DNA of 64,000 bases from Octopus bimaculoides (lineage: Eukaryota). A model generated the notes under the pieces. The model saw nothing but the letters and a program-made list of their open reading frames with translations. It was not told where the DNA came from and did not search any database. The position numbers and the translations under genes were made by a program. Shown here one piece after another: positions 1 to 11,500 of this stretch. The stretch covers positions 23,775,831-23,839,830 of the forward strand of contig NC_068984.1 of NCBI RefSeq assembly GCF_001194135.2. Reading direction: 5' to 3'. Numbering within the stretch: the stretch's first letter is position 1; each line of letters opens with the position of its first letter.

Positions 1-80
1 CACATACACACTCACACACACACAGCCACACACACACATACACACACACAGACACACAGAGACACACACACGCACACACA
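1..80. repeat. Imperfect (CA)n microsatellite, internal microsatellite of the adjacent SINE
   Basis: CA/CACAGA-type run directly abutting the SINE module at 81. Confidence 0.9.
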
Positions 81-244
81 CGACGGGCTTCTTTTAGTTT
101 CCGTCTACCAAATCCACTCACAAGGCTTTGGTCGGCCCGTGGCTATAGTAGAATACACTTGCTCAACGTGCCACGCAGTGGGACTGAAGCTGGGACCATG
201 TGGTTGGTGAGCAAACAACTTACCACACAGCCACTCCTGCGCCT
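81..244 (-). mobile_element. tRNA-derived CORE-domain SINE, 5' half (octopus OR1/OR2-like)
   Basis: The minus strand reads GGCGCAGGAGTGGCTGTGTGGTAAG...CCAGCTTCAGTCCCACTGCGTGGCACGTTGAGCAAGTG (A/B-box-like head plus CORE-like motif) and ends AAGAAGCCCGTCG. It matches copies at 14.4, 42.8, 50.4 and 51.0 kb. The family name is inferred. Confidence 0.8.
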
Positions 245-246
245 AT

Positions 247-259
247 GCACATATATATG

Positions 260-317
<58 letters not shown>

Positions 318-345
318 TGTGTGTGTGTGGTGTATGTATTATATA
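247..345. repeat. (CA)n/(TG)n/(TA)n compound microsatellite
   Basis: Directly visible. Confidence 0.9.
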
Positions 346-359
346 TGTATATATGTATC

Positions 360-470
360 AGGTTAGAATAGAGACAGCTGATGAAGGAATATTCCAAGTG
401 GCTTTCCGTTTTCCTGTGTTCGTTCCGTTGTCTGTAGTTCATTGTTGTAACGTCCTGTACCCTGATATGC
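360..470 (+). repeat. Short interspersed repeat (ACAG..CTGATGAAGG, T-rich tail, CCTGT[A/G]CCC), related to 2555-2800 minus
   Basis: Shared motif order with the minus-strand segment at 2555-2800; both end in TA-rich microsatellite. Confidence 0.4.
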
Positions 471-600
471 ATATATATACACATGTAGATGTAAGTATGT
501 ACATATATGTGTGTATACATGTATATATATTCTTTGTATTATTACATTATTGAACGCACACGTCCTTTTTTGCAAGTATGTATATATATATGTATATATG

Positions 601-632
<32 letters not shown>

Positions 633-821
633 NNNNNNNNNNNNNNNNNNNNNNNNNNNNNNNNNNNNNNNNNNNNNNNNNNNNNNNNNNNNNNNNNNNN
701 NNNNNNNNNNNNNNNNNNNNNNNNNNNNNNNNNNNNNNNNNNNNNNNNNNNNNNNNNNNNNNNNNNNNNNNNNNNNNTATATATATATATATATATATGA
801 GTGTGTATATGTATATATGTT

Positions 822-970
822 CTTTTATTCTTTCAGTTTCCGTCTATCAAATCAATTCACAAGATTTCGGTCTGTCCGAGGCTATAGTAGAAGACATTTG
901 CCCAAGGTCTCTCACAGTGAGACTGAACCCAGAATCATGCGTTTACGAAGCAAGCTTCTTACCACAGAGC
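822..970 (-). mobile_element. CORE-domain SINE, 5' half, head truncated at 970
   Basis: TTTCAGTTTCCGTCTATCAAATC...GAGGCTATAGTAGAAGACATTTGCCCAAGG...GAAGCAAGCTTCTTACCACAGAGC matches other copies but lacks the final CACTCCTGCGCC. Confidence 0.8.
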
Positions 971-999
971 AAAATACTTAACAGTATTCCCACTAGCAA

Positions 1000-1213
1000 A
1001 GGGGCGAGCTGGCAGATTCGTTGACACGCTCTGCATAATGCTTAGCAGCATTTACGTTCTGTCTTTACGTTCTGAATTCAAATTCCGCCGAGGTCGACTT
1101 TGCCTTTCTCCCCTTTCGGAGTCGATAAAATAAGTACCAGTTGAAGATTGTGATCGATATAATCAACCTAATCCTTCCCTGAATTTGCTGGTCTGTACAG
1201 AAATTTGAAACCA
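1000..1213 (+). mobile_element. tRNA-derived SINE with Nin/Deu-like central domain
   Basis: GGGGCGAGCTGGCAGATTCGTT head, then GAATTCAAATTCCGCCGAGGTCGACTTTGCCTTTC...GTCGATAAAATAAGTACCAG, which resembles the Deu/Nin domain consensus (GCCTTTCATCCTT..GGTCG.TAAAAT.AGTACC). Confidence 0.85.
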
Positions 1214-2554
1214 TGAATACAAAACATCAACAGAGTTAAAGTATAGATGTTATTGACAGTTTACGCTTGCAGAGTACACACACACTTCGATTAATGTCAA
1301 CATTTTGTGTCCTCTCTGGTCAACATATACCGACAGTAGGCTGCCTAGAAAAGTATATATGATATTTATTGCATAAATTTATTTATTGCCATTTAATAGA
1401 CATAATAATAATATCTAAAGGAGGAGTAATAATACTTTACATTAATGCAATACATTTATCGTTTTCTCAAGAGTAACGCTCTAGAATTGCCTACAATCCT
1501 GAAACTGGGTCATGGACACATTGTTAGAAGGTGGGGACGTAAAATAAGATTGGGACAATCATGTCTTCTCAAAATCATCAACAAACTCTCTAGATGCCAT
1601 TTAGCACATTACTTGAAGAAAGTTCCTTAACATAAATAGAGCGAAAAACATAACAGCCATCTGCAAGTAACTCAACTCCGTTTATATAAATAAAATAAGC
1701 ATATACACGGATTACGAACTCAATAACTCTCTAATTACACTTATGATTAATATGTAAATAGATTGCTATTCATACTACACATGGTCAAAATAAAAACGAA
1801 TACTTTTAAAAGGATCGTTAAATTCATTTACTATGAAAAATGGTTTTGAAAATGATTCTGTTTATGATTCTGTTGAGTACTAATAGGTTGCATTTATAGT
1901 TTTTAAAACATTAAAAACAAATAAAGTCTCTATTCTCTGCCGAACGTCTCGCTTTCTGTCTCTCTTTCTCTTACACTAAAATACGTGTGTGTGTATGCGT
2001 GTGTGAGTGTGAGTGTCCGCGGGTGTATGCGTGTGTGAGTGTATATANNNNNNNNNNNNNNNNNNNNNNNNNNNNNNNNNNNNNNNNNNNNNNNNNNNNN
2101 NNNNNNNNNNNNNNNNNNNNNNNNNNNNNNNNNNNNNNNNNNNNNNNNNNNNNNNNNNNNNNNNNNNNNNNNNNNNNNNNNNNNNNNNNNNNNNNNNNNN
2201 NNNNNNNNNNNNNNNNNNNNNNNNNNNNNNNNNNNNNNNNNNNNNNNNNNNNNNNNNNNNNNNNNNNNNNNNNNNNNNNNNNNNNNNNNNNNNNNNNNNN
2301 NNNNNNNNNNNNNNNNNNNNNNNNNNNNNNNNNNNNNNNNNNNNNNNNNNNNNNNNNNNNNNNNNNNNNNNNNNNNNNNNNNNNNNNNNNNNNNNNNNNN
2401 NNNNNNNNNNNNNNNNNNNNNNNNNTATATATATATATATATATATTTATTCACACGTATATATATATATAATATAAATGAGCTATATATATATATGCAT
2501 ATATACATACATATATGTACATACTTACGTATATATGTATATACATATGCCTAT

Positions 2555-2800
2555 ATGGGCACAGGAAGTCACAAGACGTAAACAACATGAACTACGAAGA
2601 CAACAAGAAATACGAAAACATGGAATACGAACTTTTTTTGCGAACAACGAAAGAAACAAATGGAAAACATGACAAGCAACATAAAAAAACCCACCCTTCA
2701 TCAGTTGTCGGCTGTTTTTCTACACCGTATTTCGAGCAATTCACGACAAGATACGTCTTCGATAAAACAGTTGATCCCGCAAAGCAAATTAAACAGTATT
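2555..2800 (-). repeat. Interspersed repeat related to 360-470
   Basis: Minus strand ACAGCCGACAACTGATGAAGGG, T-rich tail, GACTTCCTGTGCCCATA, then (TA)n. Confidence 0.4.
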
Positions 2801-2984
2801 TGGGATTTTGCGGTGAGTCAAAGTTGGTAACAAAAACAGGACAGTGAAAACAAACAGGAAAGGCTGCTAAGCCTAAACGAGTTGAGCTGGCGAACTCGGA
2901 AGAACAAGCTCTGACAGGAGACAGACAAGAATGCGTCTTATCCCTGCGGCTGATCGGAAGGAAAGAAAGAAAATATGGCCGATG

Positions 2985-3232
2985 GTCACGTGCGAGCAAT
3001 GAGCGAGCAAGGCGCAGGCATGACTGTTTGGGATTTAAGGGACCACAACTGTCTATGCCCTACTGCAGAACATTAGGTATCTGCAAGGTGTAGACATTGA
3101 AGTCTTTAAAAAACGTCTAGACAGTTTTTTTTTTATCTGCAATACCGGATGAACCCACATCATGGCAGGAGGCACAAAGAAGAGCGGTAACGTCTAACTC
3201 GCTACTTCCCCAGAAGCAATACTGGAAAAATC
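2985..3232 (+). mobile_element. CR1/L2-like LINE 3'-end fragment (degenerate ORF2 C-terminus)
   Basis: Frameshifted translation FKGPQL...YLQGVDIEVFKKRLDSF..SAIPDEPTSWQEAQRRAVTSNSLLPQ fits the CR1-type C-terminal FK..LD.FL..IPDEP...RAASNSL pattern. Confidence 0.6.
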
Positions 3233-3241
3233 CCCGGATGC

Positions 3242-3351
3242 AGAGAGAGAATGTGTGCGTGTGCGCGTGTGTGCGTGCGCGAGCGTGATTGAATTGCAAT
3301 TCAATCACGCTCGCGCACGCGCACACGCGCACACGCACACATTCTCTCTCT
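3242..3351. repeat. 110-bp loopless palindrome (55-bp arms, 1 mismatch)
   Basis: 3242-3296 is the reverse complement of 3297-3351 except T3270 opposite G; centre AATTG|CAATT. Confidence 0.95.
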
Positions 3352-4223
3352 CTTTCGTCTCATTTCTTATTTTCTCAACTCTTGTCTTACTGTCTCTCTG
3401 ACCTGTTATGATAACACTCATTTACCGCAATATTTGCTAATCTAACACAGACACATTATACACGCATTCAATATCATATAAATTTTTATACATACATGCA
3501 TTAATTTTCGCACCGTCATATATATTCACGGATCGGTGAACGTTGCAGCAGACTTTTTCCCTAGGGTAACATATGACTATCTACAAGGCCAACACAGGAG
3601 TGAAAAAATTATTGTCGTAAGTTTGTAATTATTAAACATCTGTTATTGTTGCAATAACAATATTCCGGTTTCAAGTTCCAGTCAGTGTCCTGCTGTTTTA
3701 TGGCTTTACGACATGAAGCGACAGGGGTGGGGGGAAGGTGTGAATAAAATATTTGTCTTGGGGCAAGACTCAACTGTATTTGAAATTTAAAATGTTCTAA
3801 TAAATAGTTCCTTATTTGATCAACATATACCGCATATTTAGAGTGCATGAACGAGAGTTTATATGGCTGCCCAACCAGTTGTAATGGCGCTAGGGATAAG
3901 TTGACCAATAATTTTCACGCATATGACCACGGTGTTCAACCTATCGCGTCCCTGGAAGTCAGTTTCTCTTCCATGTGTACGTTCTCGTTCGGGTTTTTGT
4001 CTACCGCACAGTTTTTTTTTCTTGCTGATTTTATAATATAACTCTTCTCCAGGTAAAACGAGTTAAGAGTTCTTTTCTTTTTCGCAGGAGTCTGGTGGGT
4101 TGTATTTTATTAGTCAAGTACTCAAGGCCTAAATTACAATTAGAGTTACAGTTACAACAAATAGCAACCAATTTTTCTTAATCCACACATGTAAATGGAC
4201 ACTTTGAATAATGTATTTCCGAA

Positions 4224-4224
<1 letters not shown>

Positions 4225-4302
<78 letters not shown>
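4225..4302. repeat. Perfect (CA)39
   Basis: Directly visible. Confidence 0.95.
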
Positions 4303-4304
<2 letters not shown>

Positions 4305-4371
4305 TAGAATAAAGATGTGATCATGCCCGAAATGTTTTAATCATGGTAAGGATGACCTAGGGTTAAATAAG

Positions 4372-4585
4372 CCTTTCTTCTATAGGCACAAAGCCTGAAA
4401 TTTAGGGGGAGGGGGCTTGTCGATTACATCGACCCCAGTAGTCTACTGGTACTTATTTTATCGACTCTGAAAGGATGAAAGGCAAAGTCGACCTCGGCGG
4501 AATTTGAATTCAGAACGTAAAGACAGAACGTAAATGCCGCTAAGGATTATGCAGAGCGTGTCAACGAATCTGCCAGCTCGCCCCT
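4372..4585 (-). mobile_element. Nin/Deu-domain SINE, near full length
   Basis: Reverse complement contains the head, the GAGGTCGACTTTGCCTTTCATCCTTTC core and the AAATTTCAGGCTTTGTGCCTATA tail. Confidence 0.85.
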
Positions 4586-4780
4586 TTGCTAGTGGGAATA
4601 CTGTTAAGTATTTTTTTTCGACGTACTAATTGATTCCACCAACTCAACGCTCTAACCTATGGTTAAATAATGATAATGACAACAATTCCAGTAATATAGT
4701 TTAGAAACAGAATGGATTGTATTCCAATTTCAGTTATTGATTTTAATGGATTTCCTCAAAACGTTAACGTCGGCGGGAAA

Positions 4781-4946
4781 ACTACACAAACCGACGAAAA
4801 AGCTACACAAACCGACGAAAAGCTACACAAACCGACGAAAAAGCTACACNNNNNNNNNNCCGACGAAAAAGCTACACAAACCGACGAAAAGCTACACAAA
4901 CCGACGAAAAAGCTACACAAACCGACGATAAACTACACAAACCGAC
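4781..4946. repeat. 20/21-bp minisatellite CTACACAAACCGACG(A4-5)G, at least 8 units, interrupted by a 10-N gap
   Basis: Directly visible tandem units. Confidence 0.9.
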
Positions 4947-6678
4947 AGGGGAGTCTTCACCGTCGTTTTGTCTCAAGCGAATGAAACTGACGAAGGATCT
5001 ATTTGTTTTAATTTTGGATTTGCTGTAAATGAAAACTATGACAGTGTCTTCCGAAGCCATAATGTTGGTAAAATGTAAATAGGAGCCAATTCGGCACAGC
5101 GTCTCGCTGTAATAATTTATTCAGTATCAATTATGGATGAGAACTAGTTGGCGATGCCATACAGAACAATCTAACAAGCGACAGTTTATTCAATGTTTAT
5201 AATACAGGAGTGGCAGCAGAAGTTGCTCAGTGCAATTCTCCCTATAGACCATCTGTAAAGATCTGAATAGACTTATATCATATCTATTACAGTTATATCA
5301 ATCACATACGCCATTTTTTTTCATATAAACGACTTCTTTTCAGGAATGAATATATAGACTAATGCATAAAGAGAAAAGAAAATAGGTAAATAAATAAATA
5401 GAGAAAAAAAAAAATAAAAGGAACGATAAAAAATGATCTGTCCAGATGGAGCCATGCTATTTCTTTTTCCATTTTCGCTCTAATGACTATTTCCAAAATG
5501 CCTTGAGGTTCTCTCCGATTTTCTAAAGAGATACCTCAAAGAAATTGTCTGCGAAGAAAAGACCATAGAATTTAAAGGGATTTGAAAGATATTTTGATAA
5601 CAACCATCTGAAATATTCAACACGCAACACAGCTGGACACCATCTCTCACTATGTTTATTCAAATTTTATTTTTGTTTCTACTATTATGAATTTTATCTG
5701 CACTGATAAATGTAAAACCGAAGTTTTCTTTTCGCTTTTGATATTAGGGGTTTCGCAGAGTATTTATATAATCACATTGCAAGTTTTAATATGTTTGCTA
5801 CATTGAGACTGAGTGCAAATGTTGGTGAGTTCAGCCTGTGTAACGTGATAATTTTTCAGTCATGTTCAATGTAAAAATATAATTAAGATTTCTCACTTCA
5901 AAATGCAATATCACACACACATGCACACACNNNNNNNNNNNNNNNNNNNNNNNNNNNNNNNNNNNNNNNNNNNNNNNNNNNNNNNNNNNNNNNNNNNNNN
6001 NNNNNNNNNNNNNNNNNNNNNNNNNNNNNNNNNNNNNNNNNNNNNNNNNNNNNNNNNNNNNNNNNNNNNNNNNNNNNNNNNNNNNNNNNNNNNNNNNNNN
6101 NNNNNNNNNNNNNNNNNNNNNNNNNNNNNNNNNNNNNNNNNNNNNNNNNNNNNNNNNNNNNNNNNNNNNNNNNNNNNNNNNNNNNNNNNNNNNNNNNNNN
6201 NNNNNNNNNNNNNNNNNNNNNNNNNNNNNNNNNNNNNNNNNNNNNNNNNNNNNNNNNNNNNNNNNNNNNNNNNNNNNNNNNNNNNNNNNNNNNNNNNNNN
6301 NNNNNNNNNNNNNNNNNNNNNNNNNNNNNNNNNNNNNNNNNNNNNNNNNNNNNNNNNNNNNNNNNNNNNNNNNNNNNNNNNNNNNNNNNNNNNNNNNNNN
6401 NNNNNNNNNNNNNNNNNNNNNNNNNNNNNNNNNNNNNNNNNNNNNNNNNNNNNNNNNNNNNNNNNNNNNNNNNNNNNNNNNNNNNNNNNNNNNNNNNNNN
6501 NNNNNNNNNNNNNNNNNNNNNNNNNNNNNNNNNNNNNNNNNNNNNNNNNNNNNNNNNNNNNNNNNNNNNNNNNNNNNNNNNNNNNNNNNNNNNNNNNNNN
6601 NNNNNNNNNNNNNNNNNNNNNNNNNNNNNNNNNNNNNNNNNNNNNNNNNNNNNNNNNNNNNNNNNNNNNNNNNNNNNN

Positions 6679-6729
<51 letters not shown>

Positions 6730-6865
6730 ATATATGTGTGTATGTGTATGCATATATATAATTTTATATAAATGCATACACACACACACACACATATATG
6801 CATATATATGCGTTCTCATATATACATATACATATATATGTACATATATATATATGTGTGTGTGC

Positions 6866-6920
<55 letters not shown>

Positions 6921-7567
6921 CACACACACGCACACACGAATGTAGGAGATATTGCACACACTGCATGATAATAATTATTATGTTAAGTGGAAAGTTTCTT
7001 CGCAAGACCGCTCTACAAGAGGCCCTATTCACAGGTTAGAGTCAAACATTAAAATTGCTTACTTTGCACTCGATCTGAAGCTAACATCTAATGGAACTTA
7101 TGATCAAACGTTCCGGCTTTATTATTCAAAAGTAATGAGGTTTCTTTAAATAGTAGATTTCTAACATGGAGCTATTAACTAAAGACCTACATTCTACAGT
7201 TAACTGCCCATAGAATTTCTTCGCAAGTCTTTATATCTTAGAAAACCAAGCATGCTATCTCAGTGCTCAGTGACCCTTGTATATATATAATGAAATGAAA
7301 TTATATATATATATATATATNNNNNNNNNNNNNNNNNNNNNNNNNNNNNNNNNNNNNNNNNNNNNNNNNNNNNNNNNNNNNNNNNNNNNNNNNNNNNNNN
7401 NNNNNNNNNNNNNNNNNNNNNNNNNNNNNNNNNNNNNNNNNNNNNNNNNNNNACATATATAAATATATACTTACATATATATATATATTTATTTAGTTAT
7501 TTACACACACATACATACACACACAGACACACATATATATATATACATTTATTTATATTTGTCTGTT

Positions 7568-7628
<61 letters not shown>

Positions 7629-7647
7629 TTATTTATATTATATATAT

Positions 7648-7844
7648 TGTTGTGGTGATAAACATCAACACCCATGTGTGATTAAAAGATGGATTCGTCG
7701 AACTCTTATAAAGAGTGGCGTGTCTCGTTGAGACAACAAGAAGGCGTTAGGTTTTCGCGTGTTGGTAGCAGGAAGTTACGCCTGTGAATACATTGTTTTA
7801 CCCCCGCTTCGTTAAAATCTATAACCGCAACTAAAGATATAAAA
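7648..7844 (+). repeat. Putative 5' LTR of the Gypsy element
   Basis: Starts TGTTGTGG immediately after a TA-rich microsatellite and is followed by a PBS-like TGGTGACAAG. There is no second copy in the window to confirm the boundaries. Confidence 0.5.
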
Positions 7845-7921
7845 GTGGTGACAAGATATTCGAAGCTTGCGTCAGACGTTTGAATGTTTTGGTACGAATC
7901 CAAAGAAAAATAATAGTTAAC

Positions 7922-8790
7922 ATGGAAGATTTTTTAGCCCGCGTGGTGCAGTTGCAGCAGCAGCAGCAGCAGTAACAACAGAAACAGCAACAGTTGAAGA
8001 AGTCGGAAAGTACTTCAGGTTTGTTCCCGCCGGACGCTGTGACGAACTCGATTGGGGAGTTCGTTTATAATCCAGAAGAAGGTATTACTTTCTCTGCATG
8101 TTCTCGAAGTTACGAAGAAATCTTCAAAGAATAATGTTGCAATTGAACTGCCGAGAAAAAAAGTGCACCTACTTTTAAGAAATTTTCTCCTGCTGAACAC
8201 GAAAAATATTGCAATTATATTCTGCCGAAGAAACTAGGTGAAATTTGTTTCGATGAAACAATTGACATTCTGTCAAAAATTTTCAGCGAAGGAAGTTCCC
8301 TGGTCAATACTCGCTGGCAGTGTTTAAATTTGGTAAAAGGAGATTATAAAGATTTCGTCACCTATTCTGGGGTTTTAAGCAAAGGATATAAAATGAATTA
8401 AATGAATTAATCCCAGACATATTCAAATGTTCAATTTTTGTTCAAGGGCTAACTGCAAGCAAAGATGCAGGTATACGTTCCTGGATATTAACAAAATTAG
8501 AACAGAACCAAAAATTAACTCTTCAGGCAGTAGCAGAAGAATGCCAAAAGATTATAAATTTAAGGCATAACGCAGATGAAATCGAAGAAAAAGATTGGTC
8601 TCATATTCGTGTGTGTCGACCTGTAACGGATAAGGAAAAAGAAAAACAAATATCAGGATCCAATCCATGCTACGGGTGTGGAGGCTTACATTTTAAATGT
8701 AACTGTCCTTTTAAAAATCTAAAGTAGTTTGAGTGTGGAAAAATCGGACATAAAAGTTCACATTGTAGAGCAATACAAAAAGTGGTCGAA
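7922..8790 (+). pseudogene. Gag remnant with N-terminal polyQ and two CCHC zinc knuckles
   Basis: MEDFLARVVQLQQQQQQ*...EFVYNPEEGITF..YEEIF..KVHLLLR..EHEKYCNYILPK; CYGCGGLHFKCNCPF and FECGKIGHKSSHC at about 8667-8767. Confidence 0.85.
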
Positions 8791-8829
8791 CGAAAAAAAT
8801 TCTGGCAAGAAAGTATTGTTAACAAAAAA

Positions 8830-11500
8830 TCTAAGCGACGCTCAGAGAAGAAAATTTGCGTTCATAAAAATGAATAAGGCGAATATCAAGTTACAATTGA
8901 ATACAAGCAGATAATTAATGCAGATACATGGAGAAAGAAACTTCAAAAATTACACATGATGTTTCAGGAAAAAATTGCGTTTTAAGGGCGAAATGATAAG
9001 TGATGTTACATTTCATGGAAAAAACCTTAAAAGTCAAAGTTTTTGTGCTGAATAATACAAGTTTTTTTGGAACAGACTGGATGGAATTATTTAACTTATA
9101 GGACCTCCCCATAATTTTTTTTGTAAAAATGTGAACGGTTCTTGCACCAGTACAAATAAGGCGTCGGAGGAAACAAAAAAAGAATTAAAAAATATTTTTC
9201 CTGAAGTTTTTTTCGAATGAATTAGGTCTTTGCACCAAAACAAAGGCGAAGTTTCAAGTAAAAGAAAATTCTATACTAGTATTTAAACCCAAAAGGACTG
9301 TACCTTTTGCAGCTTTGAAACAAGTCAATGAAGAATTGGATAGACTTGAAAAGCTTGGTTATTGAAAAAACTGATTACGCTGAATGGGAGTCCCCAATCC
9401 GTGAATGTGCTGATTTTTCAACAGGGTTAAACGAATGTTTGATGCAATATAATTACCCGTTACCAAGACCGGAAGAAATTTTCGCGAAGTTGAATGGAGG
9501 AAAATTTTTTTCAAAGTAGGACTTATCTGAAGCATACCTGCAGATACAAGTTGATGAAGAATGTTCATAATTATTAACGATAAATACCTACAAAGAACTG
9601 TATAAATTGAATCGACTTCCTTTTGGTATAAAGGTAGCAACCAGGTATTTTCCAACAAGTTATGGGCACTATGCTCGCAGGTTCGAATTTCGTTATAGTC
9701 ATCAAAGTAAGCAATTGCTTATCTTGACGACATGCTCGTGGTCAGCATGCTGAGCATGTTAAAAAAGTCTTCGAAAAAATATGCCAAGAAATATCGAAGG
9801 CAGATTATCGACGAAAATAGACGTAGACCAGACCCGTCAAGGGCGAGTGCAATAAAAAATATGCCTCCTCCGACAAACATTACAACGTTACAAGCATTTT
9901 TGGGACTCTCAAATTACTACCAGGTATACATACCGAATATGCATGGTTTGAGAGCATCCCTGAATAAGTGGAACTGGTCCGACAAGTACCAAAAAGCTTT
10001 TGAAGAAATTCAAAACATCTTAATGTCGGAATTGTCATTATCACATTTTAACCCAAATTTAGAAATAGTAGTGGCATCAGACGCTAGTGAAAGTGGTCCT
10101 GGAGTTGTGATTTTACAAAAATATGAAGATGGTAGCGTTCCTTATTACCGGCTGAGAGAACTTACAGTCAAATAGAGAAGGAAGCATTAGCCATCATATT
10201 TGCGTTAAAGAAATTCCATAAATTTATACATGGAAGAAGATTTCGTTTGCAGACTGACCATCGCCCATTATTGTCAATCTATGGATCAGAGAGGGTATTC
10301 CCACACACAGCCAACAGATTGATGCGCTGAGGAATAATCCTACTGAATTATGACTTCAAGATGGCGTATTTACCATCTAAAAAATTGGTATACGCAGATG
10401 GTTTGTTGATGTTAATACCAAATACAGTGAACCACTAGAAGATAGTGATAGCGGCGTTAAGAGCCGAAAGTGAAATAAAAAGTATATTGTGCAACGTTGT
10501 ATTTGAGAGACGGATGAGTTTATCATGAAAATGAAAAAAATAGTGAGATCAGAAGAAAAAAAAAAAAAAGATACGTGTTGCTGGACGCAACAGTTTCGAA
10601 CTTGTATTCGATATGTGATAATGTGCTTATGTATGCACAGAGGATCGTAACGCTTGTCTCACTACAAAATCGGATGTTAAAGGAATTCCACACTGGACAT
10701 CCAGGAATTTCTAGGATGAAGTCATTTATGAGGGGTTATGATTACTGGCCGAAAATGGAAGTTGGTAAAATCCTGCAGAGGTTGTGCTCTAGCAGCGAAA
10801 TCAGCACCTACAAAATTTCAAACTTGGTCCAAGTCTTATATTCCGTGAACCAGGCTACACAATCTTCGCAGGACCATTAAACGGATCATATTATCTAATG
10901 GTGGTTGATAGCTTTACAAAGTGGCCAGACATGTGTAAATGTAGAAAACCGACCTCCACTGTAACAGTGGATCTTCTGTACGAACTTTTTGCAGGGTATG
11001 GTGTTTTGGACACCATAGTCTCTGACAATGGTACACAATTTACTGCGAGTGAATTTAAGAAAATTTGCAAGATGTTCTCAATTGAACATATCACTACTCT
11101 TCCATATTACCCAAGATCAAACGGACAGGCTGAGCGCTTTGTGGACACGTTCAAAAGGGCGCTAAGGAAATCCAGAAGAGAGGTAGTGAATGATGTAGCA
11201 TTGTGATAATTCCTGTGAGTTTACCGTGTAACGCCAAACCCCAATACTCCTTCAGGCATGTCACCTGCTGAACTGAATTTCGCAAGAAAACTTAGGTCAG
11301 TTTTTGACTAATTATTACCTAGAAGAAAAATAAAAAACCGAAAACAACACTAAAAATACGACAAAATATATTTTTTTAATGGTGATAAGGTATTTTTCAG
11401 AGTGTACAGAAATGGAAAAGAAGATTGGGAAGACGGTGAACTAATAAAATGGATTGGTAAAATGACGTACATTGTTAAAGCTTCGAAATAAGAACATAAG
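8830..11500 (+). pseudogene. Pol remnant (protease, RT, RNase H, integrase)
   Basis: KLQLNTS (degenerate DTG), RECADFSTGLN, YPLPRPEEIFAKLNGGKFFSK, AYLDDML at about 9717, [70 protein letters not shown]. Confidence 0.92.

Noticed and set aside
2690-2760. Type II hammerhead on the minus strand (GAAA...CUGAUGA)
   Set aside because: Helices I and II cannot be paired around the core.
4781-4946. CRISPR-like array
   Set aside because: Units are contiguous with no unique spacers, there are no cas genes, and the context is eukaryotic.
143-7039. Long ORFs rich in YI/HT/CV/X, here and throughout the window
   Set aside because: Translations of (TA)n, (CA)n, (GA)n, trinucleotide repeats and N-gaps; not genes.
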